In this document: in pieces, positions 38,301-48,700 of the stretch | Numbering within the stretch: position 1 is the first letter of the stretch | Layout of the letters: each line of letters starts with the position of its first letter | Source: Cyanophora paradoxa CCMP329 | Taxonomy: Eukaryota > Plantae > Glaucophyta | Reading direction: 5' to 3' | NCBI GenBank assembly: GCA_004431415.1 | Contig: QPMI01000553.1 | Coordinates: 62,001-126,000 of the forward strand | DNA: 64,000 nucleotides | Translations under genes and position numbers: made by a program | Notes under the pieces: model-generated | Database searches by the model: none | What the model was told of the DNA's origin: nothing | What the model saw: the letters and a program-made list of their open reading frames with translations, nothing else

Positions 38301-40749
38301 ATATTTGATGGCCCGTTTTCGACTGCTCCTCGAATAGCTCATTTGAGCGGAACTTTAAGCAAGCCTCCCGCATTCGAAACATCGGGGAACGTCTGCTACA
38401 TCCGGTTCACGAGTGGTAACTATTCATGTAGTGCAGCAATGTTCGGAATATCTTTGTATTTATGAAACGGAGCGCAGACGGAACCGCAAACTTGGAAGGA
38501 TTCATTGCACAGTTTCTGGCAATCTCGCGAGACAAAGTTATTATTCTTGGTGCGTTCTTAGCGTATTCAGATGGCTCGTTCTTGGCAATGTTGATTGAAT
38601 ATTTAATGCAGATGAAGGGAGCGAATACTGCGGCGTCATGCACGCGAATTGCGTCATAAACATAGCGAAAACGCTTACGACTTTCAAGGAGGGGACCGCG
38701 ACTGGAAAACCCTGGTGCACAGAGCCGAATTTTATTAGAGTTCGTTCTTGCAATTGATCACGTCTGCTCCGCGTACGTAGGACATTTATACCGCCGATGA
38801 TGGACATTGAATTTTTAAACTTCATTCCTGAGATTGTGTTCACTAGATTCGATCTGTGAGTGCAGAGTATCTAATTTTGCCAGGGCATCTGATAACGTTC
38901 CCCAGACCGGATGATGTTCTGACGGTCAGAGTCTGTCGGTATTCATCTATCTCGTAAGAGCAGATTTCATTCTCGCGAGGGCAGATCACTGAACTCAACT
39001 ATCCCAACCTCATCGTTGCCAACCTCAGCGGCTCTGTGAGAACGCCATTTACGCTGCGACCTCGCGAAACAGCTGGACTCACGTTCTCTTTTCGCAATGG
39101 TTCGGCGGCACAGTTTACCAACAACCAAGTACATTGTCATTTACGATTTCACAGGATTCGCGGGCTCAAGTGCTGCAACTTCGCGATTCGAGGGGCACTT
39201 TATCGCCATACTGCCTGGGGATGCAGTCGGTACGCGAAAGATAGATATAAATAACTGTTGGCTCGCTGAAATAGGTTGACAGCTTTGAATTATGAATGCC
39301 CGACGTCGACGCCGGCGGTTGCCGGTTATAATTGTTGGAAGTTCGCCACCGAAAAGCGACAAACTCTACGTGATGGTCCAATCGGGCGAGACTACGAAAA
39401 TTCTTTCAATTACACGTGGTATTCTACGTCTGTCTTTGTGTTGTTCCCACCAAGAAAATCATACATCGCGACAGGGACATCCAGGCACTTTCTGGATCTG
39501 TCATTGTGCTCGAATTCAATGTTATTGACACGTGCGCAAAAAGAATTATTATATATGATGCTTGACGTGCACGTGAGAGAGAATGCATATGTCTTGCAGG
39601 GAAGAAAATTACGACTTTATTTCGGTAAGAGATTTTAAGAGACTCGTGCCCATATCTAGATCTAGATCTGTGATCCGTCATTCTTCTCGTTGCATTCGAG
39701 TACGAGTGGTTGCAGGTGTACGATGGTCCTTTAAATGTCCCGAATCCGAATGGCGGTTTTGTACGCGATCTTATACATATGCATATATCTATATCTTTTA
39801 TTCAAACGTATCGACAGTATTACGATAACGCAAGACTATTCCCCCAGCAAATCGCATATCTTAGCGGATCTATTCGCACGCCTGTACGATATCAGACATC
39901 TGGTCCACGCGCCGTCATTAGATTCACAACGGGTACGAATTCGGTCATGGCCATGAAAGTCAGATCATTTTCGCTTATCATCCGCTGCACAATTGCAGAT
40001 AAGACTGTGGTAAAATCAGGATTTGAACTTCGTTTCTACACCACTGCACTGGCCTCAAATCATGTTGATGCCATGGACACGGGCACGTAGTTGATGCAAC
40101 TCGAATCCTTTTCTTAAAGCACCCTTATGGTATCCTTGATAGGTTGCAAGGAATACAATCCTTGTCCTTTGTTCCTAAATTCAAGCACATCTTTTTTGAA
40201 TTTCGACGAATATCCGCCAGCACGTAAGGAATCGAAGTCTTGGTAATTATGAGCTTAAAATTGTTGATCTTGCTACAAAAAGCGCTTATAACCATAGCTA
40301 TTGATCGCGTTCAAGCAGGTTGATCACTTCACCGCCAGGATTCTTCCTTGAAATCGAATTTACTCTTTTCGTGTCGTGCGTAACCATTTGCATTTCACGA
40401 ATACATTCCGTTCGAGCTGATATGCGATCAGAGTGGATTCGTTCACCGTACGCAACGCTTTGTCCTTTTTGCGGAATCTGATTCGCAGCATTCAGATTCA
40501 CGATGGCTCTGCGCATATATTGAACTCAAACGTCATTGCCAATATTACTGCCGACGGCGGCGCGACACTGCTTACTCCTTTTCGGTTCTATACTAGTCAG
40601 CGATACGGCTACCTCCGATGGAATTCAGGTATCATTATAAACCCGTTTAAGCTTGCCATTCATGTCCCAGCTAAACTTTGAGCTCAGGGGATGCTTGGCA
40701 AGGGAAAATTGAAGGACGGATTCGAGCGATCAATGGTCTGCAATCGTGA
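23807..40749 (+). CDS. Predicted type-II single-pass receptor: TIR-TIR-helical linker-TM-coiled coil-beta-propeller-like-Fn3-(CUB)x5-6; dozens of short introns
   Basis: Phase-consistent splicing gives TIR1 (DAYMSFAR...ISAAIEGAQCFVVVASV...RSMCITELEHAKWLEKNIACV) and TIR2 (DVMVSYRR...GVQWGKAIAAGIKGASVVLVLLSPEWIQSTYCIDEFDYACAQQKRIVVV). These are followed by RKRR+VFAGVASVIAALLIALTIVAFVMLVISL (TM), an Ala/Glu coiled coil with many NxS/T sites, Fn3-like FDITDLQPNAGHECTATFSNDAGTSP and CUB-like repeats. Stop TGA at 40747-40749. The start and the middle exons are less certain. Confidence 0.8.
24240..25070 (+). other. TIR domain 1 of the receptor gene
   Basis: betaA DAYMSF, betaC CFVVVAS and alphaC SMCITELEHA (with the conserved Glu) lie across 3-4 exons. 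Confidence 0.78.
25460..26600 (+). other. TIR domain 2 of the receptor gene (includes 20-, 14- and 8-nt exons)
   Basis: DVMVSYRR / KNTD / VDVNTENGILKGVQW / GKAIAAGIKGASVVLVLLSPEWIQSTY / CID / EFDYACAQQKRIVVVEL. Confidence 0.82.
27715..27940 (+). other. Transmembrane helix (split over three exons) preceded by a basic RKRR motif
   Basis: MRKRRVFAGVASVIAA|LLIALTIVAFVML|VISLQRQ. The positive-inside rule implies a cytoplasmic N-terminus. Confidence 0.8.
32240..32298. repeat. (TA)n microsatellite in an intron
   Basis: Uninterrupted TA run of about 29 units. Confidence 0.98.
36600..40749 (+). other. Array of CUB-like domains
   Basis: Recurrent pattern W-I-x-P-G-x-x-I-x-x-x-F-x-x-F, then D-F/V-x-x-[IV]-[FY]DG, then IAxLSG and GFxARF. 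Examples: RITGPVGSTILVEFITFET..DFVS.IFDGPFSTAPRIAHLSG..EGFIAQF; VYDGP..QIAYLSGS..GFELRFY; LFDGTSDSSPLLASLS..EGFAARFRA. Confidence 0.8.
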
Positions 40750-41550
40750 ACGATGTTGGTTCATTCAATGCCAGGTCAACTTCAGCTGCAATTCATGATT
40801 CCTTAAAAAGCTTCTCGACAGCGCTAGCTCGGCATAGTTTTGTCTCGGTTGCAGGCTACATCTAGAATTCATATCGACTTCGGCACGACACGGAGGAGAG
40901 GGGGGAAGGGGACGGGCCAGCTGCAGGGATCCGCGATAGGCGGAATGGAGAGAGCCTCAAGCTCGGAGCTCGCGAGAGTCCCAGTCTGGACTAGAGCTAG
41001 TTTCAGCATGTGTACAGTGGGATGGGATATTGACAAAGCGATTGCCCAATATTAATTCTCCAGAGAAATCCGGAGAGACTTCAGCTTAAGCGTGAGAGGG
41101 CGGTAGAAAAGCGAATTCATAGACGCCAGTGACGTCGACGTCGACCATATTTTCGCATGCATATGGGCCCGGGCCAGCGCCACGGACAAGGACCTCTGTA
41201 TATACGTATAATATACGCACGAATATTGCACATGTATACGAATACGTATATATATACAGCAGCCTGACGGCCGCCGGGCGTGAAATCGCAAGACTGGCAA
41301 ACTGGCTCTCGATCCTGCGCATGCTTCTGATACTATCGTACGCTTACGCGCGCGTACTACGTATACGGGAGCAGCAGCGGGAGCAGCAGCAGCGCTAGCA
41401 ACGCGGCAGAAGAAGCAGCAGGCCCTCGAGCTCACGTCACGGCGTGCGTCTGGATCGGAGCGAACTGACGCTTGCGCTTTCGAACTTTAAATCTGCAGTT
41501 CCTCCAGGCCTAGGCACAGCGCTAGCTATAGCAGCTCGCGTCGCCTAGCA

Positions 41551-42837
41551 ATGCCCGGGGCCAGCTGCAGGGACATAACAGGCCCCGGTGCGCTGCTCAC
41601 AGCTGCGCTGTGGGTTCCCCCGGCTCTCGTCGCCGGGGTCACCGTGGCCGCGGCCGTCGGTGCCGTCAAACTGACGGGGACTCTCCCGTACGGCATGCAT
41701 CTTGGGGCCCGAGAAGCTTTACACAAGCTCAAGCCCATGACCACCGCCGGTGATCATGAGACAAGTCCCTGCTTTGGCGAACCTCGACTGGAGCGCGGGC
41801 CCCGGCGGCGTCGAAATGCCGAGGTCGCTGAAGGGCTGCAGCTGCCCGAGCTTCCGTGGGGCCTTGTACGAAGAGGCGGAGAAGAACTACCAGCTGGCAT
41901 GGTGCAGGCCGGCGGGCAGGACCCCAAACTCAAGGCTTACGTGGAGGACGTCGGCAAGGAGAATGCGCGCGTAGGCTGTGCGCCCCGCCTTCTCCTCCCC
42001 CGCTCCCGTACCCATACACGTGCATGTCCGCCGGTGCCCGATGCGGGTGCCGCGGCTGCAGGCTACAAGTCCTCACGGCCGCCAAGGCCCTCTCGTACGC
42101 AGTGGGGTTCAACGCCATCCTACCGGGTCTTCCAAGAGGATGTTTCCGTGAGGCGGTGCGACCTCGGGCTCGAGCTCGCGCACCGTGCACGCGCCGCCGT
42201 GGCCGCCGCTGAGCACGCGCGCACACACAGCTGCGCGGAGGCGCTGGGGGCGGGCAGGAACTGGGGCGTGGGGAACACGACGGGGCCCGGGCCCGACGGC
42301 AAGTGCCGCGACATTCAGCACGCGTTGGGCAACCTGAGGAGCGCGGAGGGGGCGCTGGCCATGGGGGAGTACATGAGACAATACCGCTGCGCGGAGCTAC
42401 CTCCCTACTCTCACCCCCCTCCCCCCACGCCACTCTCACCCAACCCCCCTTCTCCCACACCACTCCCAACGTTAACTCCCAACTCCCGCCGCTCCCTCCT
42501 TCACTCCAATCCCCCGCCCCCCCCTCCCCCCCCTCCCTCCCCCCCTCCCCCTCCCCGCCCTCCCCCTCCCCCTCCCCTCCCCGCCTCCTCCCCCTCCCCC
42601 GGGAGCACGCTGCGCTGCTGGCATCTGATCATCGCAAGCCCGCGATATCACTCGTCGTGCTGTCCGCAGGTCGTGCTGTACTCGGCGGGCGAGGAGGCAG
42701 CTGCAGCGGCGGAGGGCGCGGCTGCGGACGCGGTCGGCGAGGCGGGCGAGGCCGGCGCCAACGTGCTCGCGTTCGGCGATGTTGGCGCGGCGCTCGCGAT
42801 AGAGGCCGCCCCCTCCGAGCACCCTGGCCTCTTGTAG
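41551..42837 (+). CDS. Hypothetical protein (hydrophobic N-terminus, several Cys, acidic Ala-rich tail); possibly frameshifted or a pseudogene
   Basis: Coding-like segments fall in different frames (LYEEAEKNYQLAWC; DPKLKAYVEDVGKENARVG; GKCRDIQHALGNLRSAEGALAMGEYMRQY) and are separated by GTGCGC/GTGCAC...CAG introns. No recognisable family. Confidence 0.4.
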   Translation: MPGASCRDITGPGALLTAALWVPPALVAGVTVAAAVGAVKLTGTLPYGMHLGAREALHKLKPMTTAGDHETSPCFGEPRLERGPRRRRNAEVAEGLQLPELPWGLVRRGGEELPAGMVQAGGQDPKLKAYVEDVGKENARVGCAPRLLLPRSRTHTRACPPVPDAGAAAAGYKSSRPPRPSRTQWGSTPSYRVFQEDVSVRRCDLGLELAHRARAAVAAAEHARTHSCAEALGAGRNWGVGNTTGPGPDGKCRDIQHALGNLRSAEGALAMGEYMRQYRCAELPPYSHPPPPTPLSPNPPSPTPLPTLTPNSRRSLLHSNPPPPPPPPPSPPPPPRPPPPPPLPASSPSPGSTLRCWHLIIASPRYHSSCCPQVVLYSAGEEAAAAAEGAAADAVGEAGEAGANVLAFGDVGAALAIEAAPSEHPGLL

Positions 42838-43409
42838 CCTGGCCCCGGGGCCTTCTTTGGAAAATGGAAGCCCACGGCCAGTTCGGCGAGGCAAATTAGC
42901 TATTCGATCTGGACGGGGCCGGTGGGCCCGGGGGCGGGGCGCATGCCGCGCACGGTCGCCTGTGAAGACGGGGCCGACCTAATCTAGAGCACCTCGCCGT
43001 CCGGGGCCGGCCGCGGCCTACACCTCCCGCAGGCCGGGCCCGAATTCGAACCGAATTCGAAAATTCACGCTTCCATGACCGTCGGACTCCTATGCGCAAG
43101 GGACTGGTTATAGATATCCGCTGATCCGGGTCCTCTTCCCCTCTCCCCTCCCCCTCTCCCCTCGGGTAACCGTTGGGGGGAACTGTGGACCGGAGGCCTC
43201 GGGGGGCCTTGCGCATGCCGCACTGCGCTGCCTTCCCGGGCCCGAGGGCGCCGCCCCCGGGGCCGGGGCCCCTGCCGCAAAGTCCGCGGGCTCAGATTGA
43301 CTGAAGCCTCCCGCTCTGCTCTAGATCTCAAACGCGACTTCAGTCAAATCGGATACGTTCAGAGGCGGCTACGGTGCGATCTAGGGGTTCGGGATGGGCG
43401 CCGGGTCAG

Positions 43410-45701
43410 TCAGAGGGCGAGGAGGCTCTTGGGGCGGGGGCTGCTGAAGAAGTGGGCGAGGACGGCGAAGCGGGCGCCCCACGACTTGGGCTCGTCCGGA
43501 AGGTTCCCCACGTGCGCCGCCGTCCCCGACATCTGCGAGAACTCCCGGCTCTCCTGCGCAAGGTGGAGGAGGCCTCAGTAGAGAGAGGCGGGGCGGGGCG
43601 GGGCGGGGCGTGCCTTGAATGTGATGTTGGTCCAGAGGAGGCGAAGGCGGGAGCGGACGAAGGAGGAGATGAAGACGAGCAGGGGGAAGCAGGCCGCGAT
43701 CAGCGCGAAGACCACCGGGTGCGCCCCCTCGCCCGTCGCCCTGCCCGGCCCTAGCTCAGGCGCGGGGCGCCTGGGGAGGCGGGCGGGCGCGGCCGCACGG
43801 GACGTAGCAGGAGCGGTAGCGGTAGGAGCCGCCGAAGTAGACACCAGAGAAGCCGGCGACGACCAGCGTCCCGAAGTCGGCCTGCATGCGGGCCGGGTGG
43901 GTGGGGCGGCGCGGCGCGGGGCGGGGGAGGGGAGAGGGCGCGCGTTGCGGCCGCCGAGCCAGTGCGGGGGGATCTCCTTGACGCCCTCGACGGGGAGCGG
44001 GCGGCAGCAGAAGGCGTTGACGAAGAAGCGGACGAAGCAGACGAGGAGGAAGAGGCCGACGCCGACGACGAGGGTCTCCCACCAGGCCTCAGGCGAGCAC
44101 GCGGGGACGGCCTTGGAGGCCGCCTGGAGGTAGGCGATGCAGGAGTAGAAGCCGAGGAGGGCGACGGCGAGGAAGGAGAGGACGACGTAGGTGAAGGACT
44201 TGTCATTCAGGACGCCGACGCAGTTGCCCAGGAAGTCGCAGTGGTGGTCCATCACCCGCACGCAGTTGTCGCACCGCTTGCAGTGCGACGACCGCTTCGG
44301 CCGGATGACTAGAAGGGAGAGGGCCGCGTGAGCCCAGGGCGGAGGGCGTTGCGGTGCGGCGCGGCGCGGGTCTCACTCTTACAGGTCGGGCAGGGCTTGC
44401 CCCCGATCCCCCAGTCCTTGGCTGCGCGCGCGTGTGAGGGCCTCGGCGGCGGCGGCGTGCGGGGGGGCGGGCGCCGGGCCGCGCGGGGCCGCGAGGCGCA
44501 CATTCGTGCCACGTGGCGCCCATGCCCTCCTCCATCGTCGGCGACGGGACGGGCAGCTTGAGCCGCGATCCCGGCGGCCTGCCGCCCGCCCGTTCGGCCC
44601 GGGGCGGGGCGGGGCGGGGCGGGGGCGGGGCGGGGCGGGGCGCACTGGACGCGGGTTAGGTCCCCTCCGGACTCCTCGCGGGCCGCCTGCTCCGGATCGC
44701 CGCTCAGAGCCGGCCGCGCGGGGCGGCGCGGCCGGAGCGGGGCGGTACCTGTACAGCCTTCTGCATCGCCTCGCTGAACGCCTTCTGCAGCGACTCGGGC
44801 GTGCCCCGCGGGATGATACCGGGATCGCTGAACGCTGCGCCGCGGTCGAGGAGCGCAGCCGGAGGGGCGCCGCGGGCGCGCCGCGCAGGCGAGGGGCGCG
44901 CGGCGACAAAGGATACTGACGGTCAGCATGTGGTAGCTGCGCGGGGCGGCCGATCAGCGAGGAAGAAGCAGCCGGGCCGGGCAGGCGGCGCTCACAAGAG
45001 GAAGACGATGAGCGGGGTGACGCAGAGCGAGAACATGGGCATCGTCCGCCCGATCCAGTGGAACCACGCCGAGAGGCCAACGATCCACGCCCCGTAGATG
45101 CTGCAGGCCATCGGAAGGTCCTTTTTGGGGCCCGTCATGATCTTCTTCCCGAACAGGTTGAAGACCATCTGCGGCGGGTTGAACTGGCGGGCGGCGGAGG
45201 TCAGGCGGGCGACCCGCTTCGGCGCACGTTCTTCCCCCTCGGCGGAGTCGGTGCCATGAGCTCCTGCAGCGTACGTCACGGGCTCGCCCGGCGAGCGCTC
45301 GAGTGGCGCGACGAACTCACCGCCATGAACTTTTGAGCGCTCTGCATAAAGTCGGGCACGTTGACGCCGCCGGGCACCATACCCGGTGCCATCGGCATAC
45401 CGTGCATCATCGGCATACCGTGCATCATCGGCATTCCGCCCTGGGCCTGGGCCTGGGCCTGCATCGCCTGGAGCTGGGCCAGCCGCGCCCGCATGGCCTG
45501 GAACTGAGCTAGCGGCATGCCGCCTTCGAGCTGCGCTAGCATGTTTGGATCCATAGGAAAGGGCATGGCTCCGGCTCCGTCCATCGGGATAGCGTGGTGG
45601 GCGTGGCCATGACCGCCATGCGGGTGACCGCCATGGCCACCGTGCCCGTGGGAGCAGCCATGAGCGCAGCCGTGGCCGTGGCCGTGGCCGGGAGCCGACA
45701 T
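43410..45701 (-). CDS. DHHC-type protein S-acyltransferase with His-rich/Met-Gln-rich N-terminus
   Basis: FSDPGIIPR motif; CPTCK|VIRPKRSSHCKRCDNCVRVMDHHCDFLGNCVGVLNDKSF; TM segments; NITFKE (TTxE-like); stop at 43410-43412. Confidence 0.93.
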
Positions 45702-45752
45702 GGCGCGCTTCCCGGGTATTCGAACCGCGACAGGGGGTACGGCAGTCGGAAG
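45702..45752. promoter_or_regulatory. Very short divergent intergenic spacer (candidate bidirectional promoter) between the DHHC and myosin B start codons
   Basis: DHHC ATG at 45701 (-) and inferred myosin B ATG at 45753 (+) are 51 bp apart. Confidence 0.5.
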
Positions 45753-48700
45753 ATGGCGCCGCTCGCAGCCGTGCCCGCGGTGCGTGTTCGATGTTGCGCA
45801 AAGCGGCCTACTTCTAACCGCCCGGTCAGAGCTCGCGGTGCTGGGTGCCAGCGGACGCCAAAGAGGCCGGCGACCAGCAGTGGATAGCCGCCGAGGTCGT
45901 TTCGACGTCCAGCGACGCGAGCTCGGCAGTTGTCCGCACAAGTGACGGCGCGGTGCGCGCCGCCGCGATGATTGCACGCGTGCTCGGAGCCGCGGCGGGC
46001 GTTGCGAGCGGCGCGCTGAGACGCGCCGGCGCAGGAGCGCCAGGTAGCGCTCGCCGATCTGTATCTACAAAACGACGAAGCCTCCGACCTCTTGGACGAT
46101 CTGTGCAACCTCCCCAACCTGAACCCGCCCTCAATCTGCCACACCGTCCGCTGCCGCTTCGCTCGGGACGAGTTTTACGTGCGTCGCATCTCTCTGCGCG
46201 CGGCGCGTCGCGGCAGCCCGTGCTGATTTCGCCCAGACGCTTACCGGGCGGATCCTCATCGCCGTGAACCCGTTCAAATGGCTTCCCCTGTACGGCAACG
46301 ACATGGTCGAGCTGTACCGCGGCCGCGAGCTCGGGGACTGCAAGCCGCACGTCTTCGCGAACACGGACCTCGCCTTCCGCCAGATGACCAAAGGTGCGGC
46401 CCGGCCCGCTGCGGCGACCTGCTCAACGCTCCTCTTTAGCTAACGCTTGTGCGCCACGCCCTTCTCGATGCGCCGCAGACCGCAAGAGCCAGTCGATCCT
46501 CGTCAGGTGCGCTGCGCCGGGGTCGTGTTCTTGTGCGGGCGGCTGCTGAGCGCGGCGCGCAGCGGCGAGTCGGGTGCCGGAAAGACAGAGACGACGAAGC
46601 TGTGCATGCAGTACCTGGCGTCTACTTCGGGTTCCGCGGAGGGCCCGAGCCGGATAGCAGAGCAAGTGCTGGAGTCGAATCCGATCTTGGAAGGTGCACG
46701 CTGGAGCAGATGCGCTCTTTGTTAGCTACGTTGACGCGGTTGTGCCCTGTGCAGCGTTCGGTAACGCGAAGACGCTCCGCAACGACAACTCCTCTCGCTT
46801 CGTGCGCCCCGCTCCCGCGCGCCGGAGGGCCGCTCGCGCCCTGACGCGCGCCGCAGGGCAAGTTCATCGAGATGCAATTCGATGACGAGTGGAAGATCGT
46901 GGGAGCAAGGATACAAACCTGTGCGCTAGCCCCGCCGGCCCCGCTCTTGTTTGCCAGTGATCCGCTCCCGTGCAGACCTGCTGGAGAAGTCGCGAGTCAT
47001 CGCCCAGGCTCAGGGCGAACGCAACTACCACATCTTCTACCAGCTGTGCGCCGGCGCATCGGATGAGGAGCGCGGTGCGTCGCGCCGGCCGCGCCGAGCG
47101 CTCGGGGGTCCTGACGCAGCCGGGGCGGCAGCCAAGCTGCACCTGCGGAAGCCGGAAGAGTTCGTCTATCTGAAGGGCAGTGGCTGCTACGGCGTCGACG
47201 GGGTATCCGATAAAGAGGAGTTCTCGAAGACGAGGGTGCGCGCTGGTTCCGGTCGGGCGGCAAACATGTGCTGATCCGCGGCTCGCGCAGCGGGCGATGG
47301 GCGTGGTGGGGATCACGGAGGAGGAGCAGGTGGAGGCGCTGCGGGTGGTGGCGACGGTGCTGAACCTCGGCGAGGTGACCTTCAAGCCGGACCCGGCGAA
47401 GGAGGACGCGGTGGTGGTCGACGACGGCGCGGCGCTGAAGCGGGTGGCGGAGCTGCTCGGCTGCACCGAGGAGGAGCTGACGACGGTCTTCTGCTCGCGC
47501 CGCATCTTCGCCGGCGGCGAGTGGTACACGATCGAGCACACGATGGACCAGGCGGTCGAGGCCCGCGACGCGCTCGCGAAGGCGCTGTACGGGCGGCTCT
47601 TCGAGTGGCTCGTGCAGCGGATCAACAAGTGCATCCGGAACGACGAGAAGACGGTCGCCTTCATCGGCATCCTCGACATCTTCGGCTTCGAGTCGTTCAA
47701 GGTCCGCCGGCGCCCCCCGCGCGAGCTCGAGTTCCGCCGAGCTCACCCCGCCCACAGGTCAACAGCTTCGAGCAGCTGTGCATCAACTTCGCGAACGTGC
47801 GCGGGGCCCGGGGTGGGCTGGGGTCGGGCGCTCGCCGCTAACGGCGGCTTGGGGGCGGCGGGGCGCAGGAGAAGCTGCAGCAGCAGTTCAACCAGCACGT
47901 GTTTAAGATGGAGCAGGAGGAGTACTCTCGGGAAAAGATCGACTGGGCGGTGCGCTGCGTGTTCTGACGCCGTACCCCCGCGCCGTTCTGATCCTGTACC
48001 CCCGCGCAGTTCATCGAGTACGTCGACAACCAAGAGGTTCTGGATATGCTGGAGAAGGTGCATTCTTGTTCTTTTATGCGCTGCCCTATCGATTTCCGAC
48101 GCGCGCCTCTTTTTCTTCAGCGCCCTTCTGGTGTTTTCTGCCTGCTGGACGAGGAGTGCGTCTTCCCGAAGGCGTCGGACCGCACCTTCGCGGCCAAGGT
48201 CCAGAAGACGCACCAGGGCAACCGGTGCGCGCCGCGCGCGGGGGGCCGGGCCCGCACGCCGACGCGGGACCGCAGGTACTTCGACAAGCCGCGGATGAGC
48301 AGCACGGCGTTCACCGTCAAGCACTACGCCGGCGACGTGCGCGGGGCGGGCGGGGGCGGGGGGCCAGGGCGGGGGCCGACGCGGGGCGGCAGGTGATCTA
48401 CGAGACGGCGGGCTTCCTGGAGAAGAACAAGGACTCGCTGCACCCGGACACGATCAAGCTGATGCAGCAGCTTCAGTGGCAGTTCGTGGCGGGCCTCTTC
48501 CCGGCGGCGGAGTTCCCGACGGACGTGGCCAACACGAAGCGGTCGATCCTGTACATGACGGTGGGCTCGCAGTTCAAGGAGCAGCTCAACTCGCTGATGC
48601 AGCGCATCGGCGCGACCGCCCTCCACTACATCCGCTGCATCAAGCCGAACAGGGAGAACCTCTCGGAGCGCTTCGACCAGCGCTTCGTGGCGACGCAGCT

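Noticed and set aside
17930-41500. Whole low-GC island as one giant transposon or endogenous virus
   Set aside because: No terminal repeats, TSD, integrase/transposase, polymerase or capsid seen, and the gene inside uses host-type introns.
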